DNA of 64,000 nt, taken from Rhodosorus marinus CCMP1338. Lineage: Eukaryota; Plantae; Rhodophyta. Below the pieces are notes generated by a model. That model saw only the letters and a list, made by a program, of their open reading frames with translations, was not told the DNA's origin and ran no database searches. Positions 23,282 to 33,704 of this stretch are shown here, one piece after another (the stretch's first letter is position 1; every line of letters starts with the position of its first letter). The DNA lies in contig JAMWBK010000006.1 of the NCBI GenBank assembly GCA_029953675.1, forward strand, positions 1,302,001 to 1,366,000, written 5' to 3'. A program made the position numbers and the translations under genes.

Positions 23282-23636
23282 GCAGCGAATGAATTTGGTG
23301 TTATCGTGGTCGTGGACTGGGCAGAAGAACTGTGGCGAGTTGTTGATCACTGAGCGGCGAGGGCTCTGTCATCTAAACAAGTTTCAATACACTGTGAAAA
23401 AATTCGCTGGCAACCGTTGATCGTAAGCATGGAGATGCCGAAGTCTGCGGTTTCGGCCGCAGCGAATGAATTTGGTGTTATCGTCGTCGTGGACTGGGCA
23501 GAAGAACTGTGGCAAGTTGTTGATCACTGAGCGGCGAGGGCTCTGTCATCTGAACAAGTTTCAACACACCGTGAAGAAATTCGCTGGCAACCGTTGATCG
23601 TAAGCATGGAGACTGCCGAAGTCTGCGGTTTCGGCC
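23282..23636. repeat. Direct tandem duplication, 177/178-bp unit x2
   Basis: The unit starting gcagcgaatgaatttggtgttatc begins at 23282 and again at 23459, with few substitutions and one indel. Confidence 0.9.
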
Positions 23637-26423
23637 TAGCTATGCCACCTGGACCTGTACTGCAGGTGCACCAGTGCAGAGGCTTGGTCAGCGGATCGAC
23701 TCTCAGTTAGGTTGAAATATGTACGTCTGCAAGGAAATCTAGTTTGAGATTGCGCGAGGGGACAGAAGCAAGCCCTCGATTTCAAAGACCTTGAATACTC
23801 GGATATTTTGCAGCTCCATCGGCGGAGGAATGTTGCTGAGGAGTAGATTAAGTCGGACCGAAGCCTCCACAGAATGTTAGTAGCTACTTGGTACTCAACA
23901 TTCGTATGTATCAACACGGGAACCCTCTCACCCAGTCCTCATTCGCTCAGAGTCTTTCAGCCTACCCCATTGTGAATCCCACGTGCAAATCCAATAATCG
24001 ACTGGTAATGTCTCGACCCCAGCAGCGTGTTGCTCGAGGCATTCCACAGTGGGATTGTGGACGATAGAGACCACCGCGCACTCAAGACCTAGAGGTTCGA
24101 TCAACCTTGCTCCCCGTAGATACAGAAGTGGGTTTAAATTCAACGGACAACCAAAGACTCATCGTCAATGTACCCATCGAGAAATTCCTAGCTTCCCCCT
24201 TCGATTTCAAAGAAGACAGCCCAGCGCTAATAAACTGCAGCAGATGAATCAAAGGGTGCTCGATTTCTTTCTAAACCAGCACAGATCGTTTTGGAGAGGA
24301 CGCGACCAGCCGCGGAGACCTCAGCATATCAATGTCTTCTCCCTACACTTGGATACCTGAGCTGTATCATATCAGAGCACAGAGCAAATAAAATTCCGCA
24401 TTCGTTGGAGTCTTGAAGGGGAAAGCGGTCGCCAATCACTTCACATTGGAAGATCCGGTGATAATGAAATTCTCCCGAGTACAAGGTGAGCAACAGAGGA
24501 TCGCAGCCCGGGTATATATTCCTGACAGATACTCCGATGATTACCGAAAAAAGCGTATTCTTCCCTTAACGCACCATATCATGAATCCAAGGCTCGAACC
24601 TCGTCAAGAACGAGGAGCGGGCAAAACACTATCAACTGAAGCAGTGTCCATGAACCGCACTCCTTCGCTTTATAAAATTCCGACAAACAGTAAGAACCAA
24701 AAAAAAATAAAAATGCGAAGATGACCCAAGTTCAAGTTTTGAGTCCCTGGTTGGCCACACCCTGTTCACACATCTTCTTCCAACAAAACCCCACATCTTT
24801 CTCCCCCCCCCCCCCAAAAAAAAAAGAAGGAAAGGGAAGAAACGCATGGAAGAGCCACTCCATTCTCTTCTCCAACAAAAACCGTAGGGCCCTGGCTAGT
24901 TGCAAAAAGCAACATTAACTATTCCAACGGCCAGCATCCATTTGCAACCGTTTTGCATCCTTTTCGGGATTTACGCAAAAATAAGAAAATTAGGGCTTCC
25001 ACGAAGGCACACAAATAGTAAAACACTCTGAAACCAACGATGATGAAATACCCTTAATGTTTTTTTCAGTTTTCCACAACCCAAAATCGCTTGTGTCTCA
25101 TTGAAAATCTTCCGTTGAAGTCTCACTATTCCAATAGAGACGAGGTGTATACACGATAACTTTTATTATATTAATTAGAAATATGGGCTCTATCACAGTT
25201 TTATCTGATGATTTCAGGATTGCTCGGGTACGATCGAAATTTACAGATCTTTTTGAAAGCGTTTCAAGTCCTCATGCTTTTTGTAAGGCAATTTTCGAAT
25301 CTTCTCTGCTAAGAATTCCCTGAACCACACGCTTTGCGCGGTACGCATATATTCAATACGATATGTTCGTACCCCCTTCTATTCTGTACTGCTTGTCGAT
25401 GTTCGTTTTTGCTAAACATATTGGAGGTTAAACAGAAAATCCTGTACATTTAGACGAAGGACTTGAGAACGTTTATACCATATATCCTTGTGTAAATAAT
25501 GACAGTGCATAACTTTTCGCCACAAGTCAGTCCTGCCCCCCCAGGAGGTATGCACAACCGTAGCAACTCAGTCAATAAGAAGTTCACGTCACAACAACTC
25601 CTCAAAAAGACTGCAATTTAAGAGGTTAATACCTCTATATTGATTGTTTTTTGTTTTTATATTTTGTGGTCAAACTATCCTTGCCGAATACGCTTACAAA
25701 TTTTTCTTCAATGCGGTCGCAGCGATGTTTCAGATTCAACGGGGTATAGGGGCAGATCCGTACGAATATCCTTCTCCTATTTTCAAACCACTGGGTCGAA
25801 AATCAGGTCCGCGATTAAAATGTATCCTAATTCTTCCACAATAGCCGACTTCAGGCGATCGTCAGCATCTAGGAGGGGTAGGTAAAGCAAACGATTCTAA
25901 GAAATTCATTCTGGTCGAAGGGGGTAGTTCAAATTAGGGCCCAAGTCATGTTTGTTTGTTTGTTTCTTTGCGGTCGGAAACCGGCAGGTGAGACCGCTTG
26001 AATATTTTTCATTTTATGAGGTTTCTGACACTGAGAATATTTGAATTTCTATCATTTTGTGAGGACACGTTGTGTTTTTTCTCGTTTTCACTTGTTTTGG
26101 TTGCTCTGCTCCTTTCTGAGAGGTATTTGTAGCCAATGTTACATCCGCAAACCATTTGACGACTTGAGCGGGTTTGCTTCTTAAATGAGGAGCCCGGGCT
26201 AATAGCGAACTTTGGAGCGGGAGGAGGCGTGACAAGTTGCTGAGGATGGTCAAAACATCCCCAGGACGGGTTTGAGGGAGAGGAAGATTGAGAAACAAAC
26301 ACCCGTCCCTGTTGCAACGTGCGAAGGGGTTGAACTGGAATTGGATGAGAGCCTGAGGGTTGGGATAAGTGGACCTCGGTGGTTTTTTTTGAGAGAGTCG
26401 ATTTGGTGCGTAATTCGTGAAAA

Positions 26424-29400
26424 ATGAAGACTTTGCGGTTTATCCTTGGCATTGCACTGCTCGGGGTATTCCTGAATGTGGATGGTGTTATCATCGATCG
26501 CGAGAACATTGTGAATGAACTTGTGGCTGAGTCAGACCAGATCCAAACTCCGATCGATATTGATTGGATTCCTGGTGATGTAACGCGTATGCTTATCTGT
26601 GACAAGCGTGGAATCATTTTCCTGATGATCGATGGAGAGCTCCAGCCAAAACCGTTTTTGGATATCAGGAGCAAGGTAGAAAGCATTGGTTCCAGAGGTC
26701 TGTTTGCCTGCCTGGTAGATAAGAATTTCTCGAAGAATCCATACATCTACCTCAGCTACGTTGACAACAGGGTACAGTCCCCGCCGGATAGGGCCAAGTC
26801 TGGCAAAATCGTGAAATACAAAGTCAACAACGCGCTGACGGAAGCCAGCGGAGAGGTTGTCCTCGTCGGCAAGCAGTTTCCCCCCGTAAACGGCTGTGGT
26901 TCCAATAAGTCGATTGGACGGAAGGACATTATCTGCCTCGATGCGAATCAGCACAACATCGGGTACCTTGTACAGAACCCCGCTAACGGGGAAATCTTCG
27001 CTGGTCTCGGTGACGCCGCAATCCCTTCGACATTCGACGATCTGCCCTTCCGTGCTTTTGACCTCGACTTCTTAGTCGGAAAAGTGTTGTGCATTCAACG
27101 AAATGGACGAGGGTGCCAGGGCAATCCGTTTGTCAGGAACGGCAATCTCAAAGAGAACCGTGGGAAAGTATGGAGTTACGGTTATCGCTTCCCCTTCCGA
27201 GGAAACTGGGACCCGGTGAATAAGCTCCCGCTCACAGCACACGTTGGATTCGCTCGATATGAAAGCATAGTTCTTACCAGAAAGGGCCTGAACTTCGGAT
27301 GGCCGTGCATGGAAGGGCCAAAGGAGAACCCGAAAGCGGCCACGGATCCAATCTGCAAGCAGATAAAGAGCGGGAAGATCGAGTTGGATAAGAATAGGTC
27401 GCTTTGGGACTATGACCACAACTTTGGAACCTCCGTCACCGGTGTAGAACGACTAAGCTCGGACAAGTGGCCTGAGAGCATGAAGAACTTGCTGGCGGTG
27501 GCTGATTATACCAAGAGCTGGATCAAGTTGATCGAGGTCACGCGGAACGGTATCGTTGGCAAGCCTCAGGACCTGCTGTCGGATGTACTCGGTCCAGTTC
27601 AGGTAAAGCAGGGACCGGATGGCCATCTCTACTACATTTCCATCCTGGCCCAGAGCGTGAGCAGGATCAGGTTCCAGCTTGATACCACCAAGCCAGAGGT
27701 TGTACAAGTACTACCTCCGTTTGGGTCTTCCAATGCGGAAACGACTACGCCAGTTGAGATAAAGTTCTCCAAGAGGATTGACTTTGACACGGTCAACAGG
27801 CAGAGAGTCAGAGTTGTGAACGCCAAAAATAACAAGGCGGTTGCTCTGAGCTTCTCATGGGATGCGGCGAGAAACACGGTTGTTGCACAGCCGAATGGAC
27901 GGCTTGCGAGAAACACTGACTACGAAGTGACTGTATCGGGTATCAAAGACAACCAAGGACGGACAATGGTTGGAAATTTCAAGTCGTCTTTCAAAACTGG
28001 AACAGGGTTCTCGCTCTATATCTCCGATCTCAAGTTTGTGAAGGCAATCAATGGAAAGGACAAAGTTCTGCGGGACAAGCAGCCGTTCCAGAGTGCGCAG
28101 AAGGTTCAACCGCAACTGTCCATTCGTGGAACAATATACCCTAAGGGCCTAGGAGTCCATGCAAGATCAGAGGTTGTTGTGGACCTGCCACAGGGATGCA
28201 CGAGGCTCCAAGCTTACGTAGGTGTCGACGATTTGAGACGGAACCTTGAAGAGGGAGAACTGTTCTATGAAGTACTGGCTGATAAGAAGCGCGTGTTCTA
28301 CACCCAAAACCCGACGACGAAACAAGGACCTGCCGTATACGTCGACGCTAGGGTAGCTGCAGCCAGCCGAGTTACGTTAATCACGACCAAGAGCGGAAGG
28401 ACAGGTCCAGCTGCGGCTGTGGGAACATGGGGAGATGCACAGTTTCGATGTGGTGGCTACGATACTGCACGCCCGAAGGTAACCAAGGTTTCCCCTGGGC
28501 AGGGGTTAGGAATAAATGGTAGTATTGACGTCACTTTCAGCGAACCTATGGACGTCAAGAGCACTGTGGCAGCGACTGAGTTGCTACTCCCGATCGCACT
28601 TGGAGGATATGACCTTGGCTTCACAACTACTTTCAGCAAGAGTCTGAAGACTATGACTATCAAACCAAATCAGCCTCTGCTGCACGATACTGAATATCAG
28701 CTGACGATCCAGAGCTCAGCAGAGGACCTATCCCAGAACAGGCTCTCCGCAGACGTTCAACGCAACCTTAAGACGGCGGCAGTTGCACCAAATGGAGAGA
28801 GGATCGGACTTGTAGAGCTTGTGACGAGGGGTAGAAATCCCGCTGCGAATTTCAGGAAGATTGTAGGTGGCGGAGGTAATACGGGAACAAGAGTTAGGCA
28901 GTTTAACAATGGTATTGCAATGACCGGGTACTCGGTTGCCACGTTCCAGCTTCCTGGATCCGGATGCACTTCAATTTCGTTTATCGCCGGAAAGGAGAAC
29001 GCGAGAAAGGACGGTGAGACCTGCCGCATGAAGATGTTTGAAGCTACGGGGCCACAAGGGGCAGAGAAGACTGTGTTTGACGAAGAGTTCACCGATTCGC
29101 GGGCATCCGTAACTGTCAAGAACAAGACTCTCACCAATGCCAGACGCCTGCGTCTGATAGTGGCCAAGTCTCCACCAGCGCCGGGCCCGGTGCAATGCTC
29201 TTGGGCGGCTGTCCAATTGACATGTGGCGGGGAGCAGGTGCTTCTCACAAAGCAAGAAGTGGTGGACAGAGTTGGCAACGCTCTGGGCATAAACAAGCGC
29301 CGGAGCGGGCAGCCTATCGCACTCCGCATACCAACTACTGGTACTGGTGGTGGCACTCCTACTAAGATCGAACTCAAGCCAAATGTTGAGGTTAAGTACA

Positions 29401-30185
29401 TAACGCCGGGTGTCTGCTCTACCCTCAACATGAGAGTCGATGCCAAGAACGGTGGGACGGTGAACGTGCAGTTGCTCAGCGGTAACGGCAGGCAGCTGTG
29501 CCAAACTGGAACACTCAACAGCGGCACCGGGAAAAACATCAGCTGCAACGTCAGAGGTGTATCTAGACTGACCTTGAAGGCTACAGGCAGTGGCGGGGTC
29601 GCGGAGATTTCGAATGCGAACTTTAATTGTGCGAAGGGCTCACGACAACCGCGTTGTGAATTTGGCGATTTCCCCGCCAACTTCAAGGTTAAGGATGAAG
29701 TTTGCTACAGTGCAACCTGCTACAACTTCAAGGGACAGGTATTGCCGGCCTCGTCTGTGTCTTGGGTAACGAAGATCATTCATTGCCAAGCTTTGTGCCA
29801 CGAGCATGAGGAGGAGACTACGCGAGGAAATCGCGGGTGCTATACCATACCGGATCATGGGGATTTCTTCTTTATGGAGTTTGATGTGATAGCCAGAGAT
29901 GGCGAAGCAGTCAGCGTTTATACGAGACAAGTCCGGCCGCAAACTGTCACTGTTACCGTAACAACAATGCCACCTGGTATTGATGTTGGAGTTGACTCGC
30001 TCGCCGGTCCATCTCCGCTTAAATCCATAGTGCTTGTAGGAGCAAAGTTCACTGCGAACGTTCCTGCCAAGTCCGGGAAAAATACGTTCAAGTTCTGGGA
30101 TGATAACAGAAACGCGCCAGGGGACAGACCGTTCCAGTTCAACAAAGCCGGAACACGAAAATACAACGCAGTGTACACCAGATAA
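26424..30185 (+). CDS. Secreted glucose/sorbosone (PQQ-type) dehydrogenase-like beta-propeller with Big_5 Ig-like, NPCBM (CBM51-like) and further Ig/NPCBM-like modules; 1253 aa, intronless
   Basis: Signal peptide. GSDH motifs RGLFACLVDKNF..NPYIYLSY, HNIG..., GKVLCI, NPF, YGYRFPFR and NFGWPCMEG. Big_5 motifs IKFSKRID and VTFSEPMD. NPCBM motifs YISDL...YPKGLGVHARSEV...VGVDD...WGDA. Confidence 0.85.
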   Translation: MKTLRFILGIALLGVFLNVDGVIIDRENIVNELVAESDQIQTPIDIDWIPGDVTRMLICDKRGIIFLMIDGELQPKPFLDIRSKVESIGSRGLFACLVDKNFSKNPYIYLSYVDNRVQSPPDRAKSGKIVKYKVNNALTEASGEVVLVGKQFPPVNGCGSNKSIGRKDIICLDANQHNIGYLVQNPANGEIFAGLGDAAIPSTFDDLPFRAFDLDFLVGKVLCIQRNGRGCQGNPFVRNGNLKENRGKVWSYGYRFPFRGNWDPVNKLPLTAHVGFARYESIVLTRKGLNFGWPCMEGPKENPKAATDPICKQIKSGKIELDKNRSLWDYDHNFGTSVTGVERLSSDKWPESMKNLLAVADYTKSWIKLIEVTRNGIVGKPQDLLSDVLGPVQVKQGPDGHLYYISILAQSVSRIRFQLDTTKPEVVQVLPPFGSSNAETTTPVEIKFSKRIDFDTVNRQRVRVVNAKNNKAVALSFSWDAARNTVVAQPNGRLARNTDYEVTVSGIKDNQGRTMVGNFKSSFKTGTGFSLYISDLKFVKAINGKDKVLRDKQPFQSAQKVQPQLSIRGTIYPKGLGVHARSEVVVDLPQGCTRLQAYVGVDDLRRNLEEGELFYEVLADKKRVFYTQNPTTKQGPAVYVDARVAAASRVTLITTKSGRTGPAAAVGTWGDAQFRCGGYDTARPKVTKVSPGQGLGINGSIDVTFSEPMDVKSTVAATELLLPIALGGYDLGFTTTFSKSLKTMTIKPNQPLLHDTEYQLTIQSSAEDLSQNRLSADVQRNLKTAAVAPNGERIGLVELVTRGRNPAANFRKIVGGGGNTGTRVRQFNNGIAMTGYSVATFQLPGSGCTSISFIAGKENARKDGETCRMKMFEATGPQGAEKTVFDEEFTDSRASVTVKNKTLTNARRLRLIVAKSPPAPGPVQCSWAAVQLTCGGEQVLLTKQEVVDRVGNALGINKRRSGQPIALRIPTTGTGGGTPTKIELKPNVEVKYITPGVCSTLNMRVDAKNGGTVNVQLLSGNGRQLCQTGTLNSGTGKNISCNVRGVSRLTLKATGSGGVAEISNANFNCAKGSRQPRCEFGDFPANFKVKDEVCYSATCYNFKGQVLPASSVSWVTKIIHCQALCHEHEEETTRGNRGCYTIPDHGDFFFMEFDVIARDGEAVSVYTRQVRPQTVTVTVTTMPPGIDVGVDSLAGPSPLKSIVLVGAKFTANVPAKSGKNTFKFWDDNRNAPGDRPFQFNKAGTRKYNAVYTR

Positions 30186-30699
30186 GCTCCATGTTCAGTT
30201 TAGGGGGAAAGCGGACTGAAGGAAAGCGTTCTTCTTATTTGCCTAAAAGTTGGGTGGAAGGCTGTGTAGCTGTTTTACTTCCTTTTCGTTTCAATCCTTT
30301 CCGTGAGTGCCTTTGAGTAGTAGTTCCCTAGGCGGAGAGAGGGGGCTTTCCTAATAGCTTCTACAAAATAAACGCCAGTTAATCCATCCTATTGAATTGC
30401 ATCCTCCAGCCAAGGATTTTGCGTCAGAACAAGCACATACCAAATTGACTTCCTGGACTTTTTAGGAGTCGCGTTCTTTTCTCAGTCCATTATTTTGAAA
30501 CACTATCTAGATAATTTGGATATTGCGCTAAACCGTGATGCAAATTTTTAGATTTAATCTTTGGCCTCCTATAGTAAGCCTGAAGAAATTGGAAGCAAAG
30601 TGGTTGATTTATCGGACCAGCCGTTCTTCGTCCTCTACGAAACGAGAACCTCCTTGTAATGCTCAGTACAGCTCGTAACCATGCTTACTGAGTGCTTCC

Positions 30700-30850
30700 T
30701 GTTTTATGGAACCTGCTGGCCCATGCTGGCTTCGTGAACATGACGATGAGCGCCCAGATCGGCTCTCTTCCCTGTTTCCTGGTCTGAGCATGTCTGCTGT
30801 GGTGGTGGTTTTTGCGAACATAGTCTTTAGCCGTATCGCACGCACGTTCG
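30700..30850 (+). mobile_element. Short degenerate CRE-like RLE C-terminal fragment
   Basis: GPCWLREHDDERPDRLSSLF is homologous to the 22352 fragment. Confidence 0.55.
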
Positions 30851-30974
30851 AGTGCTCTTCCAACAATATCGTCTCTCAGGAATCCAATTCAATCGCACTT
30901 GCGGACGGAAGCGCTGAATTGAGAAGAGTAGGGACTTGTGGTATCCTCTATTCATCAACAACATATTCAGAACC

Positions 30975-31440
30975 TATCTACCCTGAGGAGCAGAAACGGA
31001 GACGCTGATGACGCGCATCCAACAACAAAGAAGCAATCGAACGCCAGAGTCTCAGAGACAGCTCCGTGAGGAGACTGTCAAGACGGCCGGGGGCATGGCC
31101 AAAAACACGACCAAGCCAGCGGGAAGCAGCGAAGTCTAAAACAATCCAAAGCACTCGGTGATCAGCGGTGCAAACTGACGGGACAGTGCGGAGCCCCGAA
31201 GGGTTGGACGAGTGATCGCCTCAGGTACTGAGACTCCTTCAGTCGTCGCATTGAACCAGCGGCGGCACCACGACGTTGTGCAGACGTCGGAAGATGTAGC
31301 GCAGCCTGGGGACAAGGAATAGACAACTCAAGATACTCACTCATGCGAGCAGCCAGGTCAGTGACCACCAAATTCGCCACACGTTGGACCACAGGTGTCT
31401 CATCATCAGCATCAAGCGGCTGAGCTCCAGGCAAAGAGAC
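30975..31440 (-). mobile_element. CRE-like RLE 3' fragment
   Basis: VQRVANLVVTDLAARMSEYLELSIPCPQA...RRGAAAGSMR; 3' end cgcgtcatcagcgtctcc...cagggtag...tctgaata(TGT)2. Confidence 0.8.
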
Positions 31441-31699
31441 CTCCTAGCCCACCTCGCGATCCCCTCTCTACTGCAAGGTCCGGAGATGGCCAGGAGTTAT
31501 ACATCCGATGTTCAACAGGGGAAGCAGGAAAGTTGTAGGGATTCCGTTGTCCAATAGCCAACAACCGAGCGAATCATTTGTTCCGTAATCGCGAAACGTA
31601 CAATTGAGCCCCAATTCTTTTTTTGGGGGGGGTGGGTTCCGTTCCCCCTGGTATATAGAAAAAAAACCGTTAACCACGTTTTCTGGTGCATTCTCCTAA

Positions 31700-32050
31700 C
31701 TTATGCCTCAGTATACTACTCTCCAAAGAGCGGACGCGACAAACATTTTCCCATTCATATTCCAAAAGATACATGTTTCTATGCTTTATGGATCCTCGCA
31801 CCGCTCCAAAACATGGCGGCCCGCGGAATATCTCAAATGCTGAGGATTTTTCGCGATGGTATCCGACCAAAGTCCCCGCTACCCACTACCCCGTTTCCCC
31901 GCAATGTGTCCGTACATATTCGAAAAGTTGTACGGCGAATTACGTAATCGTGGTCACAGTTTGTAGGAGCTGCGTGCAATCCTCGGTTTGTACCATATGA
32001 AATGCTAGAGAATCTCCCCTCTCGTAATCGACCAAACACACATGTACAAA
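31700..32050 (-). mobile_element. Possible Merlin/ISXO2-like DDE transposase C-terminal remnant
   Basis: GLHAAPTNCDHDYV and RGSIKHRNMYLLEYEW loosely resemble H.TVNHS..FV and G....HL..YL.EF.WR. Degenerate. Confidence 0.3.
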
Positions 32051-33143
32051 ACTCTAAGTGAATCTCCTAGACACACCCCATATGCCGTCCGCTCACATAT
32101 TGGAGTCCAGTTTTTTGTCTTTTGGAACCGCTCGCTTCTTCTCAACTGCAACCCTTTTACGCAAGTATTGTCCTTCCCCCTACCTAACCCGCCGTTTTGC
32201 GAATACCGTGGCGCTCCTTGACAAAGAAAAATACAAATAAAAACTAACCCATTTCTTAATTGGTTATAGGCATCACAGCTACGCCTTTTTATTGGTCTAA
32301 CTCGCTTTTGAAATTCGTCTATTGGCTTTATGGCGATAGCCTTCTAACCAATCAACAACAATAAATATGCTGAAAGTTGCTATTTATTTTAAAAAAAGAT
32401 CATTTCTTTGGTTGACTCTGTCACTAGGACGTTTTTTTAAGTTAATTACAAGATAGATCCGCTCTGGGGATAGTATCCCTGCGGCCACTATTCTCCAAAA
32501 CAACGTTTAGGAACACTTTAATTAAAAAATATTAATAGAGAATAGCAAGAGCGTACAAATTAATTATACTTTACAAGTATCTTTGTATGAATAGTAGAAT
32601 TAAAAACGTCTGTGTAATTTCGTCTTTTCAAGAACATTTCTGTATGGCAGATTTTCTATCAAAATTGAAACGGGGTTTCCGGGGAGCGATTTTTTCGAAC
32701 GGACGAGAATGATTAATTGCAATAAAGTTTTGAGTGAATTGAGATTTGGCTACGGACACAAAGTTTGTACCCGGTTTTAGTGGTAGGGTTGCATCATTCC
32801 CGTTTCACGAAAAGTAGAAAAATCTGCCTTATACACGCACAGAGTCTATCGACATTTTTTTCGGATGGAGAGTGCGGAGGCGTTGATCGAATTCTTTTTG
32901 GCCCCAGGACGAATGAATGGGTCCACTAATGGCTTCTGGACGTTGAACGGTTCCACTGCTGGCTGCTGCTGAACGTTGAACGGGTCCACTGTTGGCTGCT
33001 GGACGTTTTGAACGGCTCGTGTTCTTGGATATTCGAGGAGCCTAAAAAGGTTATAAAGGCGTTTCAACTCGTAAAAAGCTGGGTAGGGGTAGTGGAGGGG
33101 GCAGGAGTCAACTAAGACTTAGGAGAGTGAAAAGTCGAGAAAG

Positions 33144-33704
33144 ATGGTGAACTTTGAGGATCAGGAAACTATGCGGCTGACTGGCAATGACCTTGTTGCT
33201 GGAATAGCTGAGGTGCTGCGGGGAAGCTGTTGTTATGATGAGGACATGAGCGCTTCCAGCATCCCGAAACGCTTTTTCGGGATGAAGAAGCAGGAAATCT
33301 CGCTGGAGACATACGTGAATCGTTTGTATCGCTATTTAGACTGCTCCAACGTGGCGTATATAACCGCTCTTGTGTACCTGAGGAGGATCCAGTTCCTGGA
33401 CCCGCGATGCCGGCTCACGTACGGGAACATCCACCGGCTCTATGCTACTGCTCTGCTGATCGCGATCAAATACCACGACGACGAACACTACTCAAACAAA
33501 TTCTGTGCGCAAGTGTTCGGCATGTCCGGCCTCGCCGAAATCAACGAACTGGAGGGTTTGATGCTTTCTCTGCTGGGTTTCAGAATGAGCATCAGCCAGG
33601 AAGAATACTACGCTCATAAGATTTTTATCATGAGGCACATGCAGACCGTGACCTCTGCGAATATTCTACCTTGCAAGAGCAATATGCCCATCTCGGTTGC
33701 ATAG
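33144..33704 (+). CDS. P/U-type (PHO80-like) cyclin, intronless, 186 aa
   Basis: ISLETYVNRLYRYLDCS..AYITALVYLRRI, NIHRLYATALLIAIKYHDDEHYSN and EINELE..LSLLGFRM are cyclin-box motifs. Confidence 0.9.
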   Translation: MVNFEDQETMRLTGNDLVAGIAEVLRGSCCYDEDMSASSIPKRFFGMKKQEISLETYVNRLYRYLDCSNVAYITALVYLRRIQFLDPRCRLTYGNIHRLYATALLIAIKYHDDEHYSNKFCAQVFGMSGLAEINELEGLMLSLLGFRMSISQEEYYAHKIFIMRHMQTVTSANILPCKSNMPISVA

